Source: a virus
DNA length: 64,000 nt
IMG/VR virus record: IMGVR_UViG_3300022902_000008
Direction: 5' to 3' (one strand)
This document shows, one piece after another, positions 8,927-16,748 of the stretch. Position numbers and translations under genes: made by a program. Under the pieces are notes generated by a model. It was not told the DNA's origin. It searched no databases and saw only the letters and a program-made list of their open reading frames with translations. The first letter of the stretch is position 1; the number at the start of each line of letters is the position of its first letter.

Positions 8927-9345
8927 TGTTCCTCAATTACCAAATATTTATTGTTTATTGTTCTCATGAACTTTATTTTATTTTTTCCTCCCATTATTAT
9001 TACTGGACCTGTATACTGATCTGATACTAAGAAATTGTTGTTGTGCAGCTTCCCTTTGATATGATAATAAAGTATGTCATTTAGATACCATACAAATGTT
9101 CCATCAGAATATTCAACAGCAGGACCATCTTCTCTATGATGGTTCCCATTTAGATACCATGATTTTGTTCCATCAGGATATTCAACAGCAGGACCATCAA
9201 TTCGATGATGCTTTCCATTTAACCACCATTCTTTATGGCCATTAGAATCTTCAACAGCAGGGCCATCAGTTCGATGAAAATAGCCATTTAGGTGCCATGA
9301 TTTTGTTCCATTAGGATGTTCTGTCATTATTGGCTTGTTGCTCAT
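8923..9345 (-). CDS. HRxDGPA repeat protein (3 repeats)
   Basis: HRTDGPA, HRIDGPA and HREDGPA plus the conserved tail. Confidence 0.85.
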   Translation of the reverse strand: MSNKPIMTEHPNGTKSWHLNGYFHRTDGPAVEDSNGHKEWWLNGKHHRIDGPAVEYPDGTKSWYLNGNHHREDGPAVEYSDGTFVWYLNDILYYHIKGKLHNNNFLVSDQYTGPVIIMGGKNKIKFMRTINNKYLVIEEQ

Positions 9346-9369
9346 GATTCCTCCCTTTCAACTGACAAC

Positions 9370-9398
9370 AATATACCACAACCAACTTCATTTGTTAA
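9370..9398 (-). promoter_or_regulatory. Conserved phage promoter (divergent pair with 9443)
   Basis: TTAACA-17-TATATT, TGn. Confidence 0.85.
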
Positions 9399-9442
9399 CC
9401 TATTTCAAGAAATATTTTATTAAAAAAAGTTTATTTATGGGG

Positions 9443-9471
9443 TTAACAAACGGGATAGTTTGTGGTATAAG
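9443..9471 (+). promoter_or_regulatory. Conserved phage promoter
   Basis: TTAACA-17-TATAAG, TGn. Confidence 0.85.
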
Positions 9472-9496
9472 GGTGTTGAAGGAGGGAGAAAATAAA

Positions 9497-9751
9497 ATGA
9501 GCCAACCAAAATATAAGTTAGGAGACATAGTTTGGGTTAAAACGGATAATACTAATTATCCTGAAGATCTTACTGATCATAACAATAACAATAAGATATA
9601 TTATCAATTAGCAAGGATACAAAATTGGTATTTAAGGGAAAAGGAAGTTTCAGATAAATCTTTTACTATATATACAGTTAAATATTGTTGCAATACTTTT
9701 TTGTTGAACAATGTTTCAGAGATGGAAATACTGAGGAAGGAGGACATTTAA
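9497..9751 (+). CDS. Small SH3/KOW-like paralogue
   Basis: MSQPKYKLGDIVWVK...NVSEMEIL; SD GGAGG. Confidence 0.75.
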   Translation: MSQPKYKLGDIVWVKTDNTNYPEDLTDHNNNNKIYYQLARIQNWYLREKEVSDKSFTIYTVKYCCNTFLLNNVSEMEILRKEDI

Positions 9752-10015
9752 ATGCTAACACAGAAGATTTTTAATCCTGTTGATTATTATTTTGAATGGA
9801 CTGATGATGGATGGTATGAGTGGGATCGAAGGGCGGCTCACACAATGGCTCTTAAGGATCGGAACAAGAAAGTAAGGGAGCTAAGAGGGAAAGGACACAA
9901 GGTTTCAGTCTTCAGTCTTTCAGGCCAGTTAATTACAAAGGGTGGAATTGGAACTGGGAAGCCTCAAGTAGAGTTTGTTGTTAATTGTTATGGTTACAAT
10001 ATGTGGGGAAAATAA
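9752..10015 (+). CDS. Hypothetical phage protein
   Basis: ORF with SD GGAGG. Confidence 0.7.
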   Translation: MLTQKIFNPVDYYFEWTDDGWYEWDRRAAHTMALKDRNKKVRELRGKGHKVSVFSLSGQLITKGGIGTGKPQVEFVVNCYGYNMWGK

Positions 10016-10016
10016 A

Positions 10017-10367
10017 ATGATTATTAATGGAAAAGAGTATCCAACAGTGTACCCAACTAAGGAAGATGTTGTTTATAATTATAAGGTGGGTGACATTATT
10101 TATTTTAAGGTATTAAATGACAGTATTTATATTGAAGTGGTTAACCTTGTTAATGATAAGATATTATCTCCTGGCAGAAGAATTAGTAGAGAAGGAGATT
10201 TTTATGTTTTAGATTCTCCTCGTTGTCTCATAGGTATAATTGATTTTTGTGATTATGTTAATGAATGTGATTATTATTATCCTGTTTACACTGTTGTTAC
10301 GCTTAATGATAAGCAATCAATCAATGTTTCAGAATTAGAGATTGTAGAAAGGGTTGAGGCTTCATGA
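10017..10367 (+). CDS. SH3/KOW-like paralogue
   Basis: YKVGDIIYFK...IGII...NVSELEIV. Confidence 0.7.
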   Translation: MIINGKEYPTVYPTKEDVVYNYKVGDIIYFKVLNDSIYIEVVNLVNDKILSPGRRISREGDFYVLDSPRCLIGIIDFCDYVNECDYYYPVYTVVTLNDKQSINVSELEIVERVEAS

Positions 10368-10750
10368 ACAACAAGCCAACAATGACAGAACATTCTAATG
10401 GAACAAAACATTGGCTTTTAAATGAAAAACTTCATCGAGAAGATGGTCCTGCAATAGTTCGGCCTAATGGAACAAAGGCATGGTATCTAAATGGAAAACG
10501 TCATCGAGAAGATGGGCCTGCTATTGAAAGTCTATATAAAAGAAAAGAATGGTGGTTGAATGGAAAGTGTTATTGTGATATTATCAAAGGAAAGTTGCAT
10601 AACAACAATTTCCTGGTATCAGATCGATATATAGGACTAGTAATAATAATGGGGGGAAAAGAAAGAGTAAGGTTCATGAAGACAACAAACAACAAATATT
10701 TTGTAATTGAGGAAAATAATACTTCAGAAGTGGTTAACAAACAGGGTTGA
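10364..10750 (+). CDS. HRxDGPA repeat protein
   Basis: Paralogue of 5261; C-terminus reads into the promoter repeat (SEVVNKQG). Confidence 0.85.
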   Translation: MNNKPTMTEHSNGTKHWLLNEKLHREDGPAIVRPNGTKAWYLNGKRHREDGPAIESLYKRKEWWLNGKCYCDIIKGKLHNNNFLVSDRYIGLVIIMGGKERVRFMKTTNNKYFVIEENNTSEVVNKQG

Positions 10751-10762
10751 TTGTGTTATAGT
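10734..10762 (+). promoter_or_regulatory. Conserved phage promoter
   Basis: TTAACA-17-TATAGT, TGn. Confidence 0.85.
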
Positions 10763-10852
10763 GGTTTCAGAGATTGACAGAAAGAGAGTTCTTTGACAAT
10801 AAGGGGGGAAAGAAAAAGAGACAAAAAAAATAAAATTAATTTCAAAAAGTGG

Positions 10853-10881
10853 TTAACAGAATGGTCAAAGTGTGTTATAGT
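10853..10881 (+). promoter_or_regulatory. Conserved phage promoter
   Basis: TTAACA-17-TATAGT, TGn; A-rich UP element. Confidence 0.85.
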
Positions 10882-11039
10882 GGTTTTGTTGATAACGGAG
10901 GCCGTCGCTCATTGATAATTTAAAAACGTTAATAATAAAACAAAGAAGGAGGGATATTTATTTTGATTGTTTAAAATTTTATTATAAAGACTTGACAGAC
11001 TTGGTATTAGCATTATATTAAACAGAAGGGAAACATTAG

Positions 11040-11066
11040 ATGAATAGAATTCGAGATCAGACTTAA
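11040..11066 (+). CDS. Candidate micropeptide MNRIRDQT
   Basis: SD GAAGGGA, ATG, RIRD-x-x-stop shared with two neighbours. Confidence 0.5.
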   Translation: MNRIRDQT

Positions 11067-11168
11067 AAGGTAAATTATATTTAAATTTAATTAGATGTTT
11101 GATTTGATTGTTAGTTGTTTGATAATAAAATATATAAATAATAATTTAAAATAAAAGGTTAAAACATA

Positions 11169-11201
11169 ATGATTAATAATAGAATTCGAGATGGCCCTTG
11201 A
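11169..11201 (+). CDS. Candidate micropeptide MINNRIRDGP
   Basis: AAAGG upstream, ATG, RIRD-x-P-stop. Confidence 0.5.
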   Translation: MINNRIRDGP

Positions 11202-11257
11202 CAATAAATAAACCGAAAGTTTGATTATATAAAATTTAGCATGGAGAAAATAAATTA

Positions 11258-11290
11258 ATGAGTAATATTAGAATTAGAGATGTGCCTTGA
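11258..11290 (+). CDS. Candidate micropeptide MSNIRIRDVP
   Basis: GGAG upstream, ATG, RIRD-x-P-stop; synonymous CGA>AGA change relative to the other copies. Confidence 0.5.
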   Translation: MSNIRIRDVP

Positions 11291-11339
11291 CAATAAAATA
11301 AAAGTTCTTGGTTGGCTGTAATAGTAAAGTGAGCATGTG

Positions 11340-11523
11340 TTCATGACACCAACAAGAAGATCCTCTATGTGTTGTTCATTGTTAATGTATTATTGTCACT
11401 GTTTTTCTGAAAATTTAGGGGAGTTTTTAGAAGTGACAAAAGTGATGTCAATAGCTTTCCTCCTTTCGTTATTGACATCTAGTTCTTATCAGGGGCCAAC
11501 GTTCATTGTTGGCCCTTTTTTTT
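11340..11523 (+). ncRNA. Candidate multi-hairpin RNA with an anti-SD loop
   Basis: Stems TTGTCACT/AGTGACAA (11393-11439) and GATGTCAATA/TATTGACATC (11444-11479, loop contains TTCCTCCTTT), followed by a terminator. Confidence 0.5.
11491..11523 (+). terminator. Rho-independent terminator
   Basis: GGGCCAAC-7nt-GTTGGCCC followed by T8. Confidence 0.9.
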
Positions 11524-11561
11524 ATAAGGGAGATAAAAATAAAATTAATCTTCAAAAATGG

Positions 11562-11590
11562 TTAACAAGCAGAGTTGTTTATGATATAGT
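11562..11590 (+). promoter_or_regulatory. Conserved phage promoter
   Basis: TTAACA-17-TATAGT, TGn. Confidence 0.85.
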
Positions 11591-11627
11591 GTGGTTATGT
11601 TCAGTTGATAACAACAAAAGGGAGGTC

Positions 11628-11777
11628 ATGATGATTGGAAAGGAAGTAAGGGCAATTGTGGGTTCTTCATTTACTTCTTATCGATCTGTGATGGTTGATC
11701 GTGCAACGAAGGGAAAGGTCAAACTAACCTTCCAGTATGTGAGTACGTTTGGCAAGGATAAAAGGGGAGAGGAATAA
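11628..11777 (+). CDS. Small hypothetical cassette gene
   Basis: SD GGGAGG before ATG 11628/11631; lies between two promoter repeats. Confidence 0.6.
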   Translation: MMIGKEVRAIVGSSFTSYRSVMVDRATKGKVKLTFQYVSTFGKDKRGEE

Positions 11778-11812
11778 AAAATAAAAAACTTTCAAAAAGT
11801 GGTTAACAAACA
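11768..11812. repeat. 45-bp perfect direct repeat (second copy 12141-12185): gene end, UP element and -35
   Basis: agaggaataaaaaataaaaaactttcaaaaagtggttaacaaaca occurs twice. Confidence 0.95.
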
Positions 11813-11831
11813 AAGTTGTTTATGATATAGT
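11803..11831 (+). promoter_or_regulatory. Conserved phage promoter
   Basis: TTAACA-17-TATAGT, TGn. Confidence 0.85.
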
Positions 11832-11877
11832 GTGGTTATGTTCGGTTGCAGTTGACAACAACAAGAAGGAGAAACCG

Positions 11878-12150
11878 ATGGAAAGCATAACTGAGAAAGA
11901 GAGGAAAGTTCTTCAGGGTATTATTACTAATGATTTTCAGGATGCCGCAACTGGAACTGAGGCTGTGATTATGAATGATATTTGGGTTGATTGCCTGGAA
12001 GATTCCACAGGAGATATTCGGGGAAAAATTTTGTCTGGTGTGGTTTCTAGCCTTTCTAAAAAAGGCCTTGTCTGGACTGATGGGGAAGGTATCGCAATAA
12101 CTAAGGAGGGATGGACCGTTCTGAACTCAACGAATAGCGAAGAGGAATAA
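11878..12150 (+). CDS. Winged-helix DNA-binding protein
   Basis: ITEKERKVL...SGVVSSLSKKGLV...IAITKEG; SD AAGGAG. Confidence 0.7.
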   Translation: MESITEKERKVLQGIITNDFQDAATGTEAVIMNDIWVDCLEDSTGDIRGKILSGVVSSLSKKGLVWTDGEGIAITKEGWTVLNSTNSEEE

Positions 12151-12175
12151 AAAATAAAAAACTTTCAAAAAGTGG

Positions 12176-12204
12176 TTAACAAACAGGAGGAAGTGTGATA
12201 TAAA
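12176..12204 (+). promoter_or_regulatory. Conserved phage promoter
   Basis: TTAACA-17-TATAAA, TGn. Confidence 0.8.
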
Positions 12205-12261
12205 GGTTTCGAAATAAAGGTTGGTAAGTTTAAATTCTAGACGGTTAAAAGGAGGTTTATT

Positions 12262-13407
12262 GTGGCAAAGCTTAACGTAAAATCAGCACTGAAGGTTCTT
12301 GATAATCTGCCGAAAGAGCAGGCCGTTCTCGTTGATGGCCCTCATGGTATTGGCAAGAGTACTATCTTTAGAGATCTTGCAAAGAAGAGAAATGCACATT
12401 TTATCGATATGCGGCTCTCACAGGTTGAGTATGTAGATCTGATTGGTATGCCTCAGTCTGTTAATGGAGAAATGATCTACTCGTCCCCTTGGTGGCGACG
12501 GGAGATTGAGGCATGTGCAGAGAGAGGACAGAACGTTGTTCTCCTTCTTGATGAGATTAACCGTGCTCATCGTGATGTTCTCCAGTCAGTGTTTCAGTTG
12601 ATTCTGGATCGTCGTATCCAGGATTGGGCACTTCCATCCAACGTTGACGTGTGGGTGTATGGTGCAGTCAACATGGGTGATGACTATGACGTGTCTATGA
12701 TGGACCCTGCACTGTTGGATCGTTTCTATCGGTTTACCCTTGAGCCATCACCGGCAGAGTGGCTGAGGTGGTCAAAGAGCGTTGGTATCCATCGTGCAAT
12801 TCACATGTTCATTGAAAAGAACCATAACTATTTGTATTTCACTGGCACGCCTGAAGAGGGCCGGATTTATCCTTCTCCTCGTTCATGGGCTATGCTTTCT
12901 AATTGTATGAATCTAAACAAAAAACTTGTTGACGATCATCATGCTCTTACTCTTCTCTCAATGGGTTTTGTTGGTGAAGAAGGGGCAACTAGGTTTGTTG
13001 ACTTTGTAAAGAAGGAGTTTAATCAAATGACAGCAAAAGACATTCTTGAAAAATGGAAGGACCGGGGGCAGGATATTACTGAACTGGTAACTGATGATGT
13101 GGTTGAGGCTTCAACTCTCATGGATCAGTGCATTGAGTTTTTCCGTGCAAAGGGAGAGGATGGGGTTAAGCCTCGTCACATTAAGAACTTTACTGAGTAT
13201 ATGTTGATTGTCCCACTGGATGTGATCAACTATGCATGGCAGGCTCTCCAGGAGTACACTGAGGATGGTGGTGACGTAAAGAACATCAACTTTGTGGCCT
13301 CAAAGCTTGGTGATGATGAGCGGATCAGGACTAGGGTGGTGGAAGCCAATAGCGAGTGGATCAGGGAAGAGCAGGAGAAAGTAAAGAAGGGTGCCGAGGG
13401 CGAATAA
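12262..13407 (+). CDS. MoxR-like AAA+ ATPase
   Basis: Walker A GPHGIGKS, Walker B LLLDEINR, DPALLDRF, PSPRSW. Confidence 0.9.
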   Translation: MAKLNVKSALKVLDNLPKEQAVLVDGPHGIGKSTIFRDLAKKRNAHFIDMRLSQVEYVDLIGMPQSVNGEMIYSSPWWRREIEACAERGQNVVLLLDEINRAHRDVLQSVFQLILDRRIQDWALPSNVDVWVYGAVNMGDDYDVSMMDPALLDRFYRFTLEPSPAEWLRWSKSVGIHRAIHMFIEKNHNYLYFTGTPEEGRIYPSPRSWAMLSNCMNLNKKLVDDHHALTLLSMGFVGEEGATRFVDFVKKEFNQMTAKDILEKWKDRGQDITELVTDDVVEASTLMDQCIEFFRAKGEDGVKPRHIKNFTEYMLIVPLDVINYAWQALQEYTEDGGDVKNINFVASKLGDDERIRTRVVEANSEWIREEQEKVKKGAEGE

Positions 13408-13424
13408 ACAACAAGCAGTTCTTT

Positions 13425-13456
13425 GGGGGGCGCAATGCCCCCTTACTTATTTCTTT
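13425..13456 (+). terminator. Probable intrinsic terminator
   Basis: GGGGGC-gcaat-GCCCCC followed by a T-rich tract. Confidence 0.7.
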
Positions 13457-13486
13457 GGTAATAACAATCAACAATGAGGTTGTCTT

Positions 13487-14011
13487 ATGGGAAGACTAAA
13501 AGGTACAATTAACAAAAAGACTCTTGCAAAGAAAGCAATTGCATATTCTTTAGGGGACATAAAAAAGCTTTCAGAAAGCATATTGAATAAAATGTATCGC
13601 AATAATATTATTGATGAGAACACAGACAAGCCAACCAGTGATTGTTATAAGTTAATGTCACTTGAAGAATATAAGAATATTAAATCAGGCAAGAAGAAGA
13701 AAAAGCAACAAGAGGCAACGGAAACAACAAACATCACAAAGTACTTCTTTTATAAAACAAGCAATCTAAAGAAGTTTGGCACAAAAAAATATATTTGGAA
13801 AATGGTTGATCGAGACTATGGACTTCAGGTTCATGGCATCAATGAGATAGAAGCAAAGTTATTTGCAAAGCATATTAATTGCATAATATACGCTGAAGAG
13901 CTTATGGGTAATAAAAAAGAAAAGTTTTATTGTTTCAAAAAACAGTATTCAAATATGATATCAGCAAGAAAGTGGGCGAAGCAATCAGGCTTTGAGTTTA
14001 TAAAGGAGTGA
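13487..14011 (+). CDS. Basic hypothetical protein
   Basis: ORF with SD GAGG. Confidence 0.7.
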   Translation: MGRLKGTINKKTLAKKAIAYSLGDIKKLSESILNKMYRNNIIDENTDKPTSDCYKLMSLEEYKNIKSGKKKKKQQEATETTNITKYFFYKTSNLKKFGTKKYIWKMVDRDYGLQVHGINEIEAKLFAKHINCIIYAEELMGNKKEKFYCFKKQYSNMISARKWAKQSGFEFIKE

Positions 14012-14012
14012 G

Positions 14013-14110
14013 ACAACAAGCAACAAACACTTGGTAATATCTAAACCTAAAAAACGATCTAACAATTAAGGCCCATTGACATCAATACCCTTGACAATCA
14101 ATTTATTTTA
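14013..14110 (+). pseudogene. Decayed relic of the HRxDGPA-gene 3' end plus the downstream element
   Basis: caacaaacacttggtaat is shared with 4935-4952, followed by taaggccc...atacc...aatcaa as at 5044-5091. Confidence 0.5.
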
Positions 14111-14211
14111 CAATCAAATGTCGGAAACTAGTTTATAGACAGCAAAATCCATGCTACCATTAAAAACAACTTAACAGACACAGCAACCCAGGGGGTAGAC
14201 AAAAAAACATT

Positions 14212-14694
14212 ATGGGAAAAATAAAAAGAAATACAACAAAGAATAAAGAAAAAGAATTACAAAATAACAATAAACAACATATAGAAGATACACAAAAAGA
14301 ATCAACAAAGAATAAAGAAAAAGATTCTGTTGAACAAGAAGATTGCAATAAGAACAACAAAGAGAAAGGGGATCAAAAAAAAGATATTAATACTTTAGAT
14401 AATATCCAACATGAACTACAAAATGCAATAGGCCTTGTCAAATCATTAGAATCAAAATATAAAGAAGCAAGGTATAAAGAAGATGAACCAAAAAGATTAC
14501 TATTCAGTTATATTATAGATAACTTGCTCCCAGAAGAAAATAGAACAAAAGAAAAGTTACATGATGAACTTAGTACTTATGGACAAGAAGTATTCTATAA
14601 AAAAGATACATTACATAATAAGCTATTCATGGTCGCAGAAAACCTATTAAGCTTTATTAAGTTAAATAAAGAAAGAATATTTAAGGATAATTAA
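14212..14694 (+). CDS. Hypothetical protein, low-complexity N-terminus
   Basis: ORF. Confidence 0.65.
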   Translation: MGKIKRNTTKNKEKELQNNNKQHIEDTQKESTKNKEKDSVEQEDCNKNNKEKGDQKKDINTLDNIQHELQNAIGLVKSLESKYKEARYKEDEPKRLLFSYIIDNLLPEENRTKEKLHDELSTYGQEVFYKKDTLHNKLFMVAENLLSFIKLNKERIFKDN

Positions 14695-14696
14695 TC

Positions 14697-14975
14697 ATGA
14701 GCACTATCTTATGGCTATTATTAATATTGTTTGTTGCGTTCTTAGGAACATTTCAATTATTAGCATTAATGTTTATTATAATGTTCTTAGTAGCATGTAC
14801 ACCAGCAATTGTTGTGTTGACTATTGGAATATACTTAACAATAAAGATAGGTGGGTTCATTGGTGCATTGTTGGTAATATTAACATTGTTTGGTGCAGGG
14901 TTTGTAACTTATCATTGGTTCGAAAGTGGAGCAGTTGATGCAATTACAAAGACCCTTGGTATGGACAATTGGTAA
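14697..14975 (+). CDS. Small membrane protein
   Basis: Several hydrophobic segments. Confidence 0.7.
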   Translation: MSTILWLLLILFVAFLGTFQLLALMFIIMFLVACTPAIVVLTIGIYLTIKIGGFIGALLVILTLFGAGFVTYHWFESGAVDAITKTLGMDNW

Positions 14976-15229
14976 AAGAAATAAAAAAATGGAACAAAGG
15001 TGATATTGTTTGGGTCAAAGTAAATACTTATATGTGTGGATCAGAAAGCGAAAAGAGATATGATAACCCTCCTCTATATAAAGGACCAGCAATTATTGTC
15101 AGTGTTAATTACAATTTAAGTTATAGGCCTATATATAGAATCAAAACAATGTATGATCGCAATGTCTTGTACAATTATAATTATAGAATAACAGAAGAAA
15201 ATATATTGTACAAGATACCCCAAGGTTAA
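14969..15229 (+). CDS. Small SH3/KOW-like paralogue
   Basis: KWNKGDIVWVK...YKGPAII...ITEENILYKI. Confidence 0.75.
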   Translation: MVKEIKKWNKGDIVWVKVNTYMCGSESEKRYDNPPLYKGPAIIVSVNYNLSYRPIYRIKTMYDRNVLYNYNYRITEENILYKIPQG

Positions 15230-15319
15230 CATTGTAGTAATAATAGTAAAAAAAAATGTATTTAATGTTATATATAATATATATATTATTATATTAACAT
15301 TTTCAACGGAGGTTAAGCA

Positions 15320-15730
15320 ATGAAAAACAAATTTAAATCTATAGTAAAGAATATTATTAAAGAAGAGACTAGAAAGCTTATAAAGGAGGCTAGCTATAAA
15401 GATTTAACAGATGAAGAGAAAGACTTTTACAACACAACAAAAGGCCTTAATCGTGGTAAAGTTATTAAAGTTAACTTTCCCGCAACTACCATTAAAACTA
15501 AACTTGGCTGGGGATCAGGCACCACACCATCTATACCAGACATGTCTAACCTGTTAGATTTATATTGGAATAACGTTAAAGATGAGGTGCTTAATAGCAT
15601 ATTAAATTCATCTGAGTATTTAAATTATGAAGATCAACTTAAAGATATATCTAGAGAAGTAGGAGATAATGAAAGGTTCTGGGATTTTGTTAATAAGACT
15701 GGCCCTTGTCCTTCTGGCAATTGTGGCTAA
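15320..15730 (+). CDS. Hypothetical protein with KNIIKEE leader
   Basis: SD GGAGG; leader resembles those of 1261 and 2088. Confidence 0.75.
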   Translation: MKNKFKSIVKNIIKEETRKLIKEASYKDLTDEEKDFYNTTKGLNRGKVIKVNFPATTIKTKLGWGSGTTPSIPDMSNLLDLYWNNVKDEVLNSILNSSEYLNYEDQLKDISREVGDNERFWDFVNKTGPCPSGNCG

Positions 15731-15786
15731 CCAACCCTTCCTTCCAATATATCTGCATATACAATAAAATTAATTCTTAAAAATGG

Positions 15787-15815
15787 TTAACAAATCAAGG
15801 TACTTATGGTATAGT
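15787..15815 (+). promoter_or_regulatory. Conserved phage promoter
   Basis: TTAACA-17-TATAGT, TGn. Confidence 0.85.
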
Positions 15816-15875
15816 ATGATTGCAAGTCAGGGATAAGTACTTGACAATAAAAGAAAGGGGGGGGAAAAAAAGAAA

Positions 15876-16181
15876 ATGATAACTGAAGGAACCATGCTGT
15901 GGGTTAGTGAAGTTGCATTGTATTCTTATGTTACTCCTCCAGGTTGTTATAAAGGTGCCTATAAGAAAGTAATGGACTATTCAGGACCAGTTAATGTTGT
16001 TGTTGTTGAACCATTAATGAATGAAGAAGACAGAGGGAAGCTGGTTAGTCATGATTATGAACGTGTAGTGTCCGTTGAGATATGTGTGATTACTAAAGTA
16101 GATAGTAATGATTATCATGACAATACGTTTATTATGATAGTTGATGATGAGGATAAGAGTGTGAAGAGGATGAACGGATAA
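15876..16181 (+). CDS. Divergent SH3/KOW-like paralogue
   Basis: EGTMLWV...YSGPVNV. Confidence 0.65.
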   Translation: MITEGTMLWVSEVALYSYVTPPGCYKGAYKKVMDYSGPVNVVVVEPLMNEEDRGKLVSHDYERVVSVEICVITKVDSNDYHDNTFIMIVDDEDKSVKRMNG

Positions 16182-16214
16182 AAGATATATATATAAATTA
16201 ATGATTGTAGGTGG

Positions 16215-16243
16215 TTAACAGATGAGGTTGATTGTGGTATATT
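16215..16243 (+). promoter_or_regulatory. Conserved phage promoter driving a candidate ncRNA
   Basis: TTAACA-17-TATATT, TGn. Confidence 0.85.
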
Positions 16244-16249
16244 GTGTGT

Positions 16250-16331
16250 AGGTGGATGGTTGGATTGTTATGTCCTGGAGACAGGACACCGCAGACTTAA
16301 AGTTAGCGTATATGCGGGTTGACCCATTTTT
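16250..16331 (+). ncRNA. Candidate ~80-nt structured RNA (three-way junction, GNRA hairpin)
   Basis: TGTCCTG-GAGA-CAGGACA; CCGCA...TGCGG; basal GGTTGG/TTGACC; T-run at the end; GC-rich island directly after a promoter. Confidence 0.55.
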
Positions 16332-16469
16332 ATTGGACAGATAATTTTTTTGATATTGGAATTGTTGATTTAAGGGGTTAAACAACAATAACCAACAATA
16401 AAGACGATCAACAATATGTTTAATATAATAAAATTCAAAAGACATGTTTAAATATTAATAAAAGGAGAT

Positions 16470-16748
16470 ATGGTTATGAGGAAAATCATTGGTGGCATGT
16501 CATTTAGAAATAAGATGATTTTAAAGACAGAAGATGCAATGTCTATTTCTACAGTTGACAAAAATGGAATCTATAATTCGAAAGCATATTTCAGATATAA
16601 TAAAAAAGAAAACAAAAGGGACACATTATACAAAAGGAATAGGCTTGACAATCTAATTAAAATTTTAAGCTTAATAGTACTTTCTCAAATATTTTACATG
16701 ATATTTGGCTCATTAATTGGTGTGATATTATTAATACTAAAGTCATGA
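16470..16748 (+). CDS. Hypothetical protein with C-terminal TM segment
   Basis: SD AAGGAG; hydrophobic C-terminus. Confidence 0.6.
   Translation: MVMRKIIGGMSFRNKMILKTEDAMSISTVDKNGIYNSKAYFRYNKKENKRDTLYKRNRLDNLIKILSLIVLSQIFYMIFGSLIGVILLILKS

Noticed and set aside
4682-10750. Diversity-generating retroelement among the HRxDGPA paralogues
   Set aside because: Differences between copies include many C/T changes and are not adenine-specific; no reverse transcriptase in the window
11169-11201. Homology of RIRDGP to the HRxDGPA repeat
   Set aside because: Only one of the three peptides has DGP and the register differs; too short to support
11040-11300. CRISPR or mini-CRISPR array
   Set aside because: The repeat core is only 12-25 nt with irregular 129 and 89 nt spacing and no cas genes
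11337-11627. N-terminal extension of ORF 11337..11777, and similar extensions at 9335, 20757, 26455 and 36404
   Set aside because: They run through terminator or promoter elements; downstream starts with good SDs exist
16250-16331. Intact tRNA-Leu(UAA)
   Set aside because: No proper D-arm, T-loop (TTCGA) or acceptor stem; kept only as a candidate ncRNA
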